A DNA stretch of 64,000 nt from Octopus sinensis (Eukaryota), in NCBI RefSeq assembly GCF_006345805.1, contig NC_043008.1, positions 44,640,001-44,704,000 on the forward strand, written 5' to 3'. The notes beneath the pieces were generated by a model. It was not told the DNA's origin and searched no databases. It was given only the letters and a program-made list of their open reading frames with translations. The position numbers and the translations under genes are program-made. Shown here piece by piece: positions 39,623-55,095 of the stretch. How positions within the stretch are numbered: the stretch's first letter is position 1; each line of letters opens with the position of its first letter.

Positions 39623-40423
39623 TATATACATACATATATACATATAATAATCTTTTACTCTTTTACTCGTTTCAGCTATGCAGTTGCGGTTATACTGAAG
39701 CAACACATACTTACATGCATACCCGCAGACGAACGCACATAGGTTTTTTATTCTGTTGCACGTTTCAGTCATTAGTCAACGGCCATGCAGGCTTTTGAAG
39801 AGTTTAGTCGAACAGATTGATGCCGTGTACTTATCGTATCCGTTTTTTGCCGAACCGCTGCTTTTTAGGTCAAGGAAACGCGAAAGGGAGTTTTTTTTCT
39901 TTCTCAAGAATATAATTTACCTTCCAGCGTGGGAGTCGAACCCACTATCTCTACACCAACCACTAGCTATGTAATAGAACGTGTACAACTACAATATACA
40001 ACAGCAAGTCGTTAAAAAGAAAGAATGCATTCTATAGCATACACGTAGATGCACTATGTGCAATAACGATCGATGGAGACATTCGGAATGCGTTTTAAAT
40101 TTGAAGTTGCTCCATAAGTAGCGAAAATAACAACACCCACAGCTTCAATACCAACCAGATCAACAAAGGCAACAACTACAACAGGAAGAAGATCGGCAAC
40201 ATATTGTGTTTACCTCATCTCACAAGCTGAAGTCACGTATGATAATAACCTAATAACCACACTGAGATTATTTTCAATTTAAGGACTAACGCTTGTCCGA
40301 TCAAATATCAGTCATTTACATACACATATACATACTTACATATATACATACATACATACACACACACACGTATATATATATGTATACACACACATATGTG
40401 CATATATATTTATATATATGTAC

Positions 40424-40466
<43 letters not shown>

Positions 40467-40499
40467 TACGTGCATATATATTTTTATATATATGTGTAC

Positions 40500-40536
<37 letters not shown>

Positions 40537-41714
40537 TATATAGGAAGATATGTACCATAATTTGATATAAGCAATAATTCCTGAGAGAGAAAAAGTACAC
40601 ATAACCTGTAGAATCCACCTCAGAAATTCAAAACGCAGTTTGACTAAAGGTGAGGCGACAGAAATCTTAGGAGATATTCCTTTCATCAAAGCTAGTGACA
40701 AATTGTAAATCAATATCTATAATCCTTTTAACAATCAAGAATAATTTCAGATATTTAAGCCCGTATTTTGAGATGTCGTAAATTCCTTCATATCTGCATC
40801 CGCTGCGAAGCTGCGAACTTTGAGATAAAACATTCTTTTCAGGTATGGATATTTCGAATAGCATACGTGCACTTGACAGTATTCGAAGTTATAATTTTCA
40901 AAACGAAATACATCAATTTTTCTTATCGCTCGACTAAAAATGTGTACAGAGGCAAAGAATACAGACTGGCAAACACTAGATTTAAATTAATATATTTACA
41001 ATATTTTCTCTCATTTTAAATGCATAGATCACGCGTATGTTATTTTATTAACATATTACTCGTTTCACAAATTTAGATATTTCATAAAGATTTATCCTGC
41101 AATTAGTGATCAGCCATCGTTGCCATTAATTTTAACAACGCTTTACAAATATTTTGGCAAATTAAATTTTAATATTGAAGTGAATCTAACTTTTTTTTGT
41201 GTGTTTTTAAATGGCTTATAAACACTTTCCACGCTGCAATTGTTTTTGTGTAGCAACGATCTCAGATCTGGTTACTTGCTATGCAAGTACATCTCTAATA
41301 TAACAGTTCTTCAGTTTATCTCTAGTCCTATGGATTTCCTCTAATCTACATTGATTAGTCCTGACAGCAGCAACTCACCATCCCTGACCGTCAAATGAAA
41401 CATTTCTATTTTTATTTCTTCACCTCGCTTTGTAGACTACAAAACATTATCCTCTAAATCCATTAATGTTATACACGGATGAACATGAGGAAGAAGCTAT
41501 TTCTGTACGTCTGATTACTCTTGCCTATTGCCTCAATCGCAGCGTCATGTCTCGCATGAGACCACGAAGGAGTAGCGTTGAGCAACGAAACATCGACCAA
41601 CAACAAATAGCAGACAAAGTCTACTTCAAATGTCTAACGCTAATGACTTAAAAAGAAGGATACGTTGGCCATTGTGAACATATGCATTATTAGCGGTTGT
41701 CTAAGAGGTTGTGA

Positions 41715-42020
41715 AGGTGCATAGCTCAGTGGTTAGAACGTCGAGCTTAGGATCGAGAGGTTGTGAGTTCTATTCCTGAAACGGGCTGCGTGTTGTGCAA
41801 GAAACTTTATTTCACGTTGCTCCATTTCACTCAGCAGTAGAAATGAGTTGCGACATCACGGGTGCCAAGCTGTATCAGCCCCTTTGCCTTTCCCTTGAAT
41901 AACATCGGTGGCGTGGAGAGGGGAGGATGGTATGCATGGGCGACAGCTGGCCTTCCACAAACAAGCTTGCCGGACTTGTGCCTCGGAGGGTAACATTCTA
42001 GGTGCAATCCCATTGTCTCC
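41715..42020 (+). mobile_element. tRNA-derived SINE family C
   Basis: A-box tagctcagtgg, B-box-like gagttctattcc, non-tRNA body; no acceptor stem or CCA end. Confidence 0.7.
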
Positions 42021-43323
42021 ATAAGCGGTGGAATATTTTTTTTCATAGATGTGTCCACTGATGGCTAGCTTGGCATCGAGCAATACCATAGTACAGGTGA
42101 AATCAATGGATTACATTTCAACTCAAATTAATCGAAGTAAAACCAGCAAAACATTGAAAGTCACTTTCTTCTATCAACTCTCGTCATATTTCCTTCTAAA
42201 ATTTTATTTTACCATCAGTGGGAATTAAGAATCTGTTGCATAATCTATTAATTATAAATTATATCTGGGTAAATATATGAAAATAATTACAATACTAAAT
42301 GATAATAGATCTACTATATCAAAGCTGACCAGAAGATAAACTTCCACAACAACTCTATGCTAAATATTAAGTTCACTTTTGATTTGCCCATGCCTGAGGC
42401 TTTAGTTGCCGAAGCCATATAACAATAATATCGTTGAATGAACGATATCATCATCAAACAAGCAACAATGTCCAATCTCGCTATTACCAGTCTACTACGT
42501 AATATTTGATGTTACAATATACTCTCCTGTTTAATAACATAAAATTATGTGACTTTAATAGTGTGTGTTCGATTGTAATCATTATGATCTTTGGTTTCGA
42601 AATGATTTCATCCTACGTACGTCCTTCATGTATACCTATGAGAAAAAGGCAACTTAACGAGAATTCAAAACTTGAAATTGCCGAATTTGTTTGCCAATAG
42701 ATAAAGGTGAATTTTCTAATGGCAGGAGAGACGAAAATAATGAAATATAAACATGGAAGAAACGATATTCACAAAGATAAAGGAAAGTATAACATTATTA
42801 TTATTAAAATACGTAAATGTATAAATAATAAAGATGTGGGAATAAAGGAAAACGATTTAAAAGATTTAAGATTTAGGAAACAAGTCAAAGGACTGGAACA
42901 TAATATAAACAAAGTAAAAATGTAAACAGTAAATATTTGCTAAACTTATATTATGCGCTTATTATTGAGTAAACATGTTTAACGATGATGACGGAATAAA
43001 ACAAAATGTCTCGGAAAAATATGAGAATATACTGATAGGAAAATAATATCGATGATATTTAAAAAAGAAACCCTCAAATGTCCGTGATATTTCATCAGAT
43101 CGACTGACCTCAAATTTTGAAGATAAAACTCAGTCATATCGGAAATTGTATGAAGTTAAAGGTGATTCTCTATCGACTGTTTGATCAGAGACCTGCTGTC
43201 ATATTTCGTGACAGCTGCCCTTCAGGCCTGTATTTTCTGTTGATAACCTCTGTGTAAACTGTAGAGATCATACAAAGATGAATTACAGTTGAAACAATTG
43301 AGACACACATACACAGGAACACG

Positions 43324-43391
<68 letters not shown>

Positions 43392-43749
43392 TTGTTATTC
43401 TATTGCTATATATAGCTATATTTAATGTGCTTTGTATTTTCATTTCCCAAAACATGTTTCCATCATCATTGGAAGTTCGTCTAGTGTACGATTAATACGA
43501 CAAATCAATTACAGTCCAGTGGGGTCAGTTAGTGTGGAACCTTACAACTTCTGTTAACTTAAGTGTAATCCCCTTTACACTATTCCTTCATCTTCAAGTC
43601 GACAGTGTCTATTCGGAAGTAGTCTACCATATGTGTGAGTCTGTACATGTAAACATACATACATATATATATATAAATATGTGTGTGTGCATGTGTGTAT
43701 GTGCGCTGCATCGTATCACTGCGAATTGTCACACAATACACTCAATAAA

Positions 43750-43939
43750 TCGCTACACATTATTTTTCTCTCCGTCTTTGTTTTCTTTCCATCTCCATTT
43801 TTACCCATCTTAATACTCGCCGTCGAAGAGCGTAGGTTCGAAACATCAAAGACTTTCCCATTCTCCCCGAGCGTTAAATAAATACATTTGCTTGCTGCTC
43901 CTTCACTTGTCTTCGTCTTTTGTTTTCTGTAAATTTGAA

Positions 43940-43945
<6 letters not shown>
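43750..43945 (+). mobile_element. Short element with degenerate hammerhead-like fold and (TA)n tail
   Basis: CCGTCGA-A-GAGC(gtag)GTTC-GAAAC at 43820-43844, then ccgagcgtt...tcttcgtctt...(TA)n as in the 56340 element. Confidence 0.6.
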
Positions 43946-44001
<56 letters not shown>

Positions 44002-44248
44002 TAGATCGTTTTTGCTGGAAAAAGGTAGAAACTGATCAGTCCGGGATATATCGTTAATGGTAAATGTTTTTGATTTTCACTCTCTCCATGAATTTATCCC
44101 TATTTGTGTCTCTAGCACTAAGCTTCCTTATTTGGGAGCCTTTTATTATATTTCTATATGAATAATATTTTGTCTAATGAATAATTCGTCTTTTGTGCTA
44201 GGCCACTGGTAATAATAACCTATGTTATTACCCTTTTTGATTATGTCC

Positions 44249-44314
<66 letters not shown>

Positions 44315-44774
44315 ATTTGTACACCACCTGTCTTCGTCTTTTGATTTTTTCGTAAACTCTCCATATATATATATATATAATGTATGTGGTGGTCGAGCAT
44401 GACCACAGTCTATTAGTTAAAAAATTTAAAGAGCAAAGGATATATATGTATATATACATATATAAATATACATCTATATTAGAAGTTCTGTTCCAAATAT
44501 TTACCGTGTACTGCATCGTATCATTTGTGAATTCTCACGCAATAAACACTAAATACAATTGTATAAGTTTTTATTTCCCCCCAAACGTCTCTGGAATTCC
44601 AACCGTTTTGAAAATATATCTCTCCGAGAAAAACTTTTATGAAATAATAAAACTATACATTTATATACACAGTAATTTTATATCGATTAATTATCAACTT
44701 TCATTAAAAAAAAATACTAAGACGCTCCTAGAATTTTTATCCCTTGATGAGGGGGGCCATTTTAGCTTGAATCT

Positions 44775-45006
44775 TTATTTGTTTCTTGATTACCCACAAT
44801 GGGTTAAACATAGAGGGAACAAACAAACAACGACAGGCAAACGGATTAAGTTGATTACATCGACCCCAGTGCATAACTGGTACTTAATTTATCGACCCCG
44901 AAAAGATGAAAGGCAAAGTCGACCTCAGCGGAATTTGAACTCAGAACGTAACGGCAGACGAAATACGGCAACGCATTTCGCCCGGTTCTGCCAGCTCGAC
45001 GCCTTA
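44775..45006 (-). mobile_element. SINE family A
   Basis: Tail tacccacaatggg..., core atcgaccccgaaaagatgaaaggcaaagtcgac, head ctgccagctcgacgcc. Confidence 0.9.
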
Positions 45007-46074
45007 TAGCTGGAATCTTTATCAATAGATTACGGACCTATGACATTCTTTCTGCGTTTGGGGCATATCACCCACAATTTTTAAGAAGTGTTAAATCCGT
45101 GCAAGATCTTTATTCATTTAAATCACTGTCAATAGATTGACCTGAGTGATGTCATGTTAGTGATAATCATATTTATTTTCCTTCCTTAGTCTCAATCAAC
45201 GTTTCGTTGATCTTTGACTCTGAATGTGATGTAATTAGTTCATTAACGTAGAGGCTTGCAAGTCAAATTGATTAATCTCTGAATTAGAAGTAATTACATC
45301 ATGCAGGTAGTGACTTGATTAATTAAGGTGATTTTTAAGCTGAACATCTTCTTCTGTGACAGGTGCGGAGTAGCCACAAAGCATTTCAAATTTGCTATTG
45401 AATCTTGGTTTATCTTTCATTTTTCTGTTTTCTTTTTTTTCTTTTGACGATTTTTAACAGCTTCTATTACTTCACCGTAAAAGACTCCGCTATTACTAAT
45501 AGTACTCCAGATAATTGCATTTATTCTTTAAATTAGCCCTATTTTTCTGATTTGCCTAGAAATCCTGCTTAACACTTATCACTTTGGAATAAAATTTGAA
45601 GATTGCAATTACACTTTGAAGGATGGAGTGAATATATGTTCTGTTATTTCGATTCAAAAATACAGCTTTAATTCCAGAAAAATTACCTTATAATAACCAG
45701 AGGCATAATCTAAAACTAAGAATGGCTTAACTCATAAATTATTCCTGTCACGTAGTTTTTTTAACTACAAGAAAACGAAACAAACCTACAGCAAAACATA
45801 TTTCTTTTCAATGCATTTCAATATTACCGTTTTTTAGCTCCATTTTAAAAATCTAGATTTTAAACAGTGATTAACAAACATTAGTGAACCTTAATGTTTG
45901 CCACCAACAAATAATATTGATTCATTCTCAATTGTTTTATACTGGAAATATTGTATGTTTACCTCGTATGCATTGTCAACCAATCTCCTGCAAAATAAAC
46001 TTGTCTCATCAGCATTAAATGACCCTTGTATTTCATAAATACACTTTAGAATAATTTCGGCTAAATTGTTTTAT

Positions 46075-46535
46075 ATATTAACTGTTATCGCTAAATTAAT
46101 ATGGCAGTCCTTAACTATATGACTAAAGCTGCCGTTTATTAGCTCCAAGAGGCCATCGCCTCTAGCTAGATATATGACACACGAACATGTGTCCATTATA
46201 GCCTTCGAACAGGGGGGTCAGCCGCTTCACCTTGCTGGTCAGGCATCTGCAGACATGGTATTTTACCTTTATCAATGCAGAGTAGCCGAACCCAGCAGGC
46301 GTGGCTGCTGACCGTCTGTTCGAAGGATTATTTACCTAATTTCAGTCGAATACATTTTTCAAAATACGTTTTCAAAAACGACTGACCTCCCCTGTTCGAA
46401 GGTTATAATGGACACAGGTTCGTGTGTCATATAGCTAGCTAGAAGCGATGGCGTTGGCCTCTTAGATCTTATCAACGGCAGCTTACGTCCTATATTTATG
46501 GACTGCCATATTAACTTGGTGATAACTGTTAATAT
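46075..46535. repeat. Inverted repeat (~150-bp arms, ~85%), MITE or fold-back-like
   Basis: 46075-46223 vs 46379-46535; a partial third copy ctgaccgtctgttcgaagg at ~46307. Confidence 0.88.
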
Positions 46536-48660
46536 CCAGTACCGCTGCGTAGTCTCCGTTAGAGAGACTTAGGAATAGTAATATTTCTTTTTTATATATA
46601 TTTTCCAATAACTTCTGTATCTTCACTAGCTATTTCTACAGTCATGTTTAGTTTTAAACGTTAATACAACTTTCTCGCACCTTTCAAGCCCGAGTTTGAT
46701 GATATCCCATTGTAGGATTGGTAGTATGTTCTATTTTTCTTCCTTATAGTTTGCCTGATCGCCTTATAACCTGATCACCTTATCTTGAATTATAATAAAA
46801 CTATTTGGTACAAAACTTCTATGCTGTCCCTCAATCCATCTTTCCAAGATCTCTCTATTTTGTCAGTAATTTGCATTGTTGCCTTTAGCATCATTTTCGC
46901 TGGCATATTGTATCCATAATGTTTGCTTCTGTTCTAAATAAATGGCGATGTGAATTACATTTTCTTAAACCTGCTATTTTGTAAAACATCACTGAAGATT
47001 CTCTGAACGATAAATAATATCCAACTTTAACTACTTTTTACTGTTACCTTTTAATAAAACCCTAGGTCGGAGATCGGACAGCAAAGCTGGAAGCTCGGAA
47101 TACATATATGAGATATAATCATCCAACTATTTATAAACTGATATCAAAATCCACCAGTGTTAATTTTGCTTTCTTACATTGGGAATCGTGAAAATAAAGA
47201 ACCAGCAAGCATTATTTTCGATGGTATTGACATTACTGGACTCGTGCCTAATTCCGAAACAGTGGCTTTATATGGAAACTAACTACCATTATCATTTCTA
47301 ATATTTGCACACACTCTTCGTAGCGAGATCTATAATAAAAATCATCAAATGCTCGAAAGGTCATCAAAGACGATCTCTCAATAATGGCGCCATGGAGATC
47401 AACTATCATGCAGACGATTTGTTTATTAAACATAAGTCAGTAGATCACTTTTTAACAATAATATCGGGAATTTTTATCTTAAGAGACAATTTCATTTCAA
47501 TTCGTTAAGTTTCAGAAACAAACGCTTCTATTTTCCCATATTTTAGACAAGGCTGCAGCTTATAAAGGCAATGTTTCCGCACACTATGTTGTGATTCGAG
47601 TATTTTGAAAGACGGAGCTGTGAGAAATTATATGCAACTGAACAAATAAACGAATAATGATTTTAAAACAGTTCAATAATAAGTGTCGAAAATTCAGATA
47701 TCTTAAGGTAAGGAGATGGAATAAGGGGTTCTTAATGTATATTAACCTTAAATATAAGAATTACAAAAGTAGAATGGATTAATTGTATATATTACATATA
47801 TATAGTTTTCCTTATTTATCCACTGGTTATTAAGTGATTCTGTTGCCAACCGTTTATTGTCAGCGTATAGTTTTGTATACGCTTTGTGTTAGTACGTGCA
47901 TACAGTAGTTATTGTCCGTTGACCTTCTATGATTCCTCCGCTAAGTATCAATATAAGACTGAGATGACCTCTTCTACTGCCTCTAAACGATCCACCATAC
48001 TATAATCCCATGACTTCGCCGTATTTCAGGTAGTGGCTGAGAGGATGCCATGCCTTGCCGAAGGGCATCCCGTAACAATACAGGGCACGGTTGTCACTCC
48101 CTGAAGTATTATCAAATGCCCGTATACCCATGGATGTCACAGTAATACTTAAAGTTATACTTCCTCAACTATAAATTTCTTACTAACTTTTTTCATTTTA
48201 AAATATAAATTGCTGAAACAGGTATGAGAAAATAGAGTATTGAACATCTCAACAATCAGCACTGTATCTCCAAAAGCCTAAACGTAAGAAAATTTAAATT
48301 CGTTTCTTTGTTGAGAGAAATTCTAATAGATCGAATATTAATTAACATCTGTAAATGAATAAGACGAGAAATGATAGCTATATCAATCGATGTTAAATGA
48401 ATATGTATAATTTCATACTGTTTCGAACACATTTACATTATTGGATTGTTTGTTAACCAGGAATTCAGAACGTATTTTTTTATTATAAAATTCTGTCTAT
48501 GTGTAACATGTCTAAAGCACATTTCATTTATATATGTACAGTGAAACGTCAGTCAGTTACGATGTGAACTGAATAAATTACCTGCACTTGTCAATTGAAT
48601 AACCTACCCACACACGCACGGACATCATACACACATAACCACACAGAGAAACAGAAACAT

Positions 48661-48749
<89 letters not shown>

Positions 48750-51700
48750 TGATACATATACATATGAGCATGCCTACATACGTATATCAACATAAATATG
48801 TGTGTGGATGTTTGTGTGTGTTTGTGTGTTTGTGTGTGTATGTGTGTGTTTGTGTGTTTGTGTGTGTATGTGTGTGTTTGTGTGTGTGTATGTGTGTGAT
48901 CAGCTTCTGACGTCAAATGCCATTCCGCTTATTACAGACTAATAAAGTTTTGAAAGATACGTAGTCTTAACGTCAAACTCTGAAAATGTATATTTGACTA
49001 TCGCGCGCCTCATATTTAAAAAAACATATTATATCTACCATTTTTTTGATAACTTTGTATTACCTCGCAATGCTGAAAATGGTTCTATCAAGAATTACTT
49101 CTCTGATATTAGTTTGGAATGTGTGCGTTGTTTAGGCCAATTTAGTGGGTAGGTTTGGGGAGACCTGTTATTATAATCCTTGAATTTCATTGCTATTTCA
49201 TAAGATATTGTATCACTATATTGATATTAAGTGTTTACGCCATGAAGTGTGTTATAGCGTGACTACGTGATCTGTTTATTGGGAGAGCTTAGTAGACATG
49301 CGCATATAGGTCTAAATCTTTATCTATGTGTATAGATTACAGAGCAGTACATCGGCTACTAAGTTTGGAGGATAGATATGTATACAGAGGAGGAGTGAAA
49401 GAGAGAAAGAGAAAGAGGAATATGGAGAGGGAGGCTGGAGAGAAAATTTGGGAAGGAAGAAAAGAATGTGTAAAGTGAGATAGTGGGAAGATCAAGAAAA
49501 GATGTACGGATGAATAGTATTGAAAGAAAATAGAATTTTGTAAGTTTTTTTTTGCATGCAAAATCGAAGAAAAAATTGATCAAGTGTAGCAGACTGAGAT
49601 ATGCGTAACTTAGTAACCGACTTACTGCGCTAACCACACGTATTAAAACATTTCTACAATTTTTTAATACTCTAAAGCGCTTTAACTGAAGACGTTTTAT
49701 GTAATGGATGCATTTCCTTTTGTATATGACGTAAATCTGAAACGTACATATTAAAGGACTTAAAAAAAAACACACTATTTGGTCGATTTCATTATCATAA
49801 ATAATGCGACTGTATAGATATGTATGCGTGTTTTTATGCATGCATGTATGTATGTATATATGTACGTGCACATACAAGTGTGTGTATGAATGTTTCTGTT
49901 CACCTGCGTCGTTTTCCATCCGTTTCAGCCACAGATTTTATTTACTGGTTCGAGATATACATATCGATGAAATAACTTCCTGGCTGAAATATTTACTAAG
50001 GGAGATATGCTTGGCTAAACTGAAACAAAAATAAAATGTACAAAACCTGAGCGAAATATTATCCAGACCAATAACTGAAATATGAAATATTTACACAGAT
50101 TTAAGATGTATTTAACCGACATAACGTTTCAAGTGGAATATTTCATACGAGCGTATATATTTTTTCTATATTTAATTCTGAAGTTTGACTACAGTGAATT
50201 TAATCCAAATAATAACCGTTCTTATGTAGCTAGACGTTATATGTTATATTCCAAATCAAAATTACGAGTTCTTATTCTCTTTCTTTTTTGTTGAAATTTT
50301 CTTGTAAATATTCTCTACTTACTCTGCAAAACTAACGCTTTATGAACCGGTGCTGACAACACTATAATCAAATACAGCATCATGAAAATTGCTGCAACAG
50401 ACACAGAAAATACCGGTAATTTTCTGTCGACAATATATATTTAATTCTTCTCGTATATAATTCTAAACTCTACGGCAGGTTTGGATTTCTGTCTGTTTTT
50501 CTTTAGCGTGTTACTTTCGTTTGTTTTGTGTTTTTCTGTTTTTGCTTTTGGATACGTTATTCTGCTCGAGTGTGCAAAATATAAATTAGATATAATACGG
50601 TCTTCTACTCTGCTTGTTTTCTGTTAGTTTGTGCATTTGCTCGTTATAATCTCATACGATGCTTTGTAAATGTGTGCATTAAGTGTCATATTACTTCGCA
50701 AACTAATATACAAAAATCAATACGTGCTGTTTAAATTAATGAAAAGCAAATATAACAATGATTTGTTAGGCGTGAGCTTGTGTGTCTGTAATCTCTGCAT
50801 GTGTCTGTCTGTCACTGCAGGTGTATGCGTGTGTATCTCTGCGTGTGTGTGTCTGTGTATCTGTATGTGTGTGTGTCTGTCTGTGTGTGTGTGTCCGTGT
50901 GTGTGTGTGTGTGTGTGCTAGCATGTGTGTGTCCGTGTGTGTTTCTTCTCCAGTTCACTCACTGTTCGGTTCTATTATTCGAAAGAGTGCCAACATTTAA
51001 CCATTACTTACATGAATTTATTCCTATCTCCTATTCGTCAATCAGATTATTCGAAAGTGTTAATGTCTTTCGCAGACGAATTGTTTCCCGTGACTAAACA
51101 CACAACTAGATTTAGCATTCATAGAATTAATACAGCTTCTAAGCAATGAGCATAGGTCAGAAAGAAATCTTGACAGTTGTGTAAAACGAAGAGGCGATAG
51201 TGTATTGTTTAAGCCGATTACCTTGACAAAGCTGAGCTGGTGTGCATGATACTAAAAGTGTTTTTTTCTGCCTGGATTGTCAAACATCGGATAATTTCAA
51301 ATAAAGGTACTTTCCTGCGAACGTAAAAGAAATAAGTATGCTTATATAACGAGATCTATTTATTTCAGATGCACATCAATGTGGCAATAGTTGGGGGAAT
51401 TCTTGCAGGGAATATCAACATTACTCATGACCAGTACCAAAGCTGTCATTACAATTCCAATCTTTAGCTATTATCATTGTCATTATATTGTGTTGTGACT
51501 GGAATATATGCTGAGGCTACTGGACGGGAGTGAAGACAAAAAAGGGAGACAGCCGTTCGTGCGACACACCTTTCTGCTGCGCGCTTTCTTTTTTCAACAT
51601 GCTGGAGCTAAATTACCACTTATCGGTGCATTCAACCATTATCCACTCTCAGCACCATCGTAAAATTTCAGTTCCTGAATCATAGAAGTGGAAGAAACTT

Positions 51701-51764
51701 GTTCCGTGAGATATCCTGATTCAAAGAAGGAGTAGAAAAGGTAACACCAGCAAGGGAATAGAAT

Positions 51765-52070
51765 AAGGCGTTGATCTGGCAGAAACTTTAGCACGCCAGG
51801 CGAATATGATTAGCGGTATTTCGTCTGCCGCTACGTTCTGAGTTCAAATTCCGCCGAGGTCGACTTTGCCTTTCACCCTTTCGGGGTCGATTAAATAAGT
51901 ACCAGTTACGCACTGGGGTCGATATAATCGACTTAATCCGTTTGTCTGTCCTTGTTTGTCCTTTCTGTGTTTAGCCCCTTGTGGATAGTAAAAAACAGGT
52001 ATTTCGCCTGCCGCTACGTTCTGAGTTCAAACTCCACCGAGGACTACTTTGCCTTTCATCATTTCGGGGT
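51765..52070 (+). mobile_element. SINE family A with head-to-tail duplication
   Basis: ggtatttcg at 51815 and again at 51998 after the tail. Confidence 0.88.
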
Positions 52071-52379
52071 GCATACGTAATATATTTTTGGCTCCCTGCT
52101 CAGTTTACCCTTTCCTTCAGTTGTGTGTCTGGTTGAATTTTAAAAATTGGGTTAAAAAAAGCAGGACCGATATTCAGTACCCGAATAAGCTCTCCTCAAT
52201 TACCGAAAGTTTCAAATGAAAATATTCGTTCATGAGTCCATAGTAATCTTGTTACATTTGTTGTGTCATGTTGCATTGCGTTATTATATTTTAAATGTAT
52301 TACTTACAATGTAAAATTCCGATTTTGAATTTCTTTTGCATTGTTCCTTAAATTATTGGCAATATTATTTGCTTTATAT

Positions 52380-52600
52380 AAGGCAGCGAGATCACAGAAG
52401 CGTTTGTATGCCGGACGAAATACTTAGCAGCGCTTCACCCGTCTTTACGTTCTGAGTTCAAATTTCCCCATCATTCGTCTTTGCTTTTCATCCTTTTGGG
52501 GATCGATAAAATAAGTACCAGTTAAAGACTGGGGTCTATGTTATTGACTTAACCCCCACCCGCGAAACTGCTGGCCTTGTGCTAACATTTCAAACCAATA
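52380..52600 (+). mobile_element. SINE family A, diverged
   Basis: ggcagcgagatcacagaa...ctgagttcaaatt...catccttttggggatcgataaaataagtaccag. Confidence 0.8.
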
Positions 52601-53169
52601 TTATTTCCATTATAAAGAATTTTTATTTATTTCTTTACTTATTCATTTACGTGTTTATTTTATTTTTTCAAGAGATATTTAGCAATTACATTTGCTTTAG
52701 TGAAGAGCTTATGTATACGACCGTTCTCTCCTGATGCCGAGCTGTGTCTGCGACAGCTGTCTTGAGAGGAACCATTGACATTTATCGTGAAAGAGCATAT
52801 CAGGAACATTTACTGCATTCTGAGATTACAGCTGATATGCTTATGTAGGTCTTAACCTACATTATTAAATTGGACAAGTTTCTCTATTCTTTCTGGTGAC
52901 TCAGGTGGTGTCTGACGAAATGGTAAGAGACTTAATTTGGTGCCAGACGAGCGCTTTGCGTATAACAGATTCTCTTTCTTCTTCAATACATATCCAAGTA
53001 GCATTCTACGAAAGTTGCGATATGTTGGTGAGATAAACAAAATACTAATTCTTTTAAAACAAAACAATAACAAAAAATATAGAAAAATATTAGTGTAGGG
53101 AAGATAATATCCTGAAGATGAATAAGTAGATTGAAGAACTGAAGTGATGGTGGCGAAGAATCTAAAGAG

Positions 53170-53482
53170 GATGGCGCTCACAATGATGAGGAGGCGGAGG
53201 ACGGCGACGATAATGATGAGCATGAGATGGAGGAAGGTGAGGAGGTGGATTTTTTCATACTGATAATGTTGTTGTTGTTGGTGGTGGTGGTGGTGATGGT
53301 GAAGGCGGTGATGATATTGATGATATTATTGATGTTGATGATGATGATGATGAGGATGATGACGATGACGATGATGATGATGACGTCGGCGATGATAATG
53401 ACGATGACATGACACTGATAATGATGATACTGATGATGATTATGATAATGATGATGACGCTCATATTGATATTGATGATGGT
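53170..53482. repeat. Degenerate (GAT/GGT)n array
   Basis: Directly visible. Confidence 0.88.
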
Positions 53483-54496
53483 GTTCAACTCAAGGCAGTG
53501 CCCCAGTAGGGCCGCAGTCAAATCACTGAAACAAATAAAAGAATAGAAGTAATTGCCCCTTAAATAAGTGGAATTACCAATTGATGTGGTGTCCAATGGG
53601 TATTGTTGAAGATAGCTGGCTGCAGTGCCGCGTAGTGGATTTGAACTCGAAAATACATTGTAAGAGATTTCCTTAACCACGTACGCATATGTGTATGTGT
53701 GTGTGTGTATAAGTGTGTGCGTGCGCGTACTTCTAAATAATGATCGAGAGATATAGAGATACATAGGTAGACACAATTAAATTTGCGTTGTGTGTGTAGC
53801 TGTACGCCATGACAGCTTTGTTTCAGGTATATTTATGTGACGCCGTTTAACTGTGTAAATACATATCTTTCTGCCTTAAGAAATGATGCGTTATTATACG
53901 AAGATCTCTGATTGTGCGCATGTACAACCTGCATGTCTATGTCTTTATTTATGCATGTGTTTATATACATACATGCAATATTATATACGTATGTCTGCAG
54001 AATGCTCACGCACCATATACTCCTCTATACGTTTAACAAATGCGATAATACTTGCATTGTCATAGCTAATCAAGGCAATAGCTTTTCACTGAATATCATT
54101 AAATAAAATCCATTCTGATAATGGTGTATAATTAGTGAAGCTGCATTTCTGACAAAAGATGTTTCCTATTGCCGTAGATATTTGTATGGTAACTGTTCGA
54201 TTACTCCGAATGTATGGCGTCAACCAGCAAAAGATGCCGAGTTGGTCGCTTACACACGACGATACGGATTTCTTATCAATGATGTGAAATGAACCAAAGC
54301 AACGAAATTGAAAACAGCCGTTGATGAATGTAATTAATGAGAAATTCTACGTTATTATCTGCTATCTATATGTATTTCTATATGTACACACAGACACACA
54401 CACAGACACACACACATACACACATATATATATATATATGTGTGTGTATATGTATATATGCATGTAGTATATAAGTATGTATATACATATCTATAT

Positions 54497-54527
<31 letters not shown>

Positions 54528-54530
<3 letters not shown>

Positions 54531-54750
54531 GTGACCTCGTGAGTACCGCTGCCGATTATTTTTTCCTCTGTCTTCCCTTCTCGGGATCTTTCCTTCTCCT
54601 ATGTTTCCGACGAAGAGCTCCGCTCGAAACGTTAAGCCCTCCTTATTCCCTTCTTTCCTGAGCGTCCAATAATACTTTATTTGTTCCACTTTCTCTGTGT
54701 TTTTTTGGGGGGTTTTTTGTGTTTTCTTGTTTGGATTCACTATATATATA
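54528..54750 (+). mobile_element. Short element family X with hammerhead-like fold, copy 1
   Basis: GTTT-CCGACGA-A-GAGC(tcc)GCTC-GAA-AC-GT-T-AAGC at 54603-54637; homologous to 56085-56290. Confidence 0.7.
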
Positions 54751-55041
54751 TATACTTTTCTACTCTATCCACAAAGCCCGACATTTTTGGGGACGATTAG
54801 ATTGACCTCAGTACGCGACTGGTACTTAATTTATCGACTCCGAAAGGATGAAAGGCAAGGTCGACCACCAGCGGAATTTGAACTCAGAACTCAAGAAATT
54901 TGAAAAGCTAAACGCGAAACCGGTCTTTCTTCTAAATTATGTCATTATAAGAGAAAACATTTTTTTAATATTCTTCAGACATATTGACGCAAATATATAT
55001 TTTTTTACATTTAAGCCTTCTGTAGTTTTTTCACTTTTTAC

Positions 55042-55095
<54 letters not shown>

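Noticed and set aside
39925-39975. Possible tRNA gene (gggttcgactccc on minus); likewise heads at 10217 and 41716
   Set aside because: Only box-like fragments; no complete cloverleaf; these are SINE heads.
43125-43190. Cadherin-like DRE motif (QTVDRESPLTSYNF, minus)
   Set aside because: Short frame bounded by stops; no DxNDNxP or AxDxGxP motifs, so not a protocadherin.
47305-47508. YHADDL as an RT catalytic motif
   Set aside because: No other RT motifs in flanking frames.
51368-51466. MHINVAIVGGILAG, resembling a Rossmann GxGxxG start or a TM helix
   Set aside because: 32-codon ORF, motif incomplete, no splice donor.
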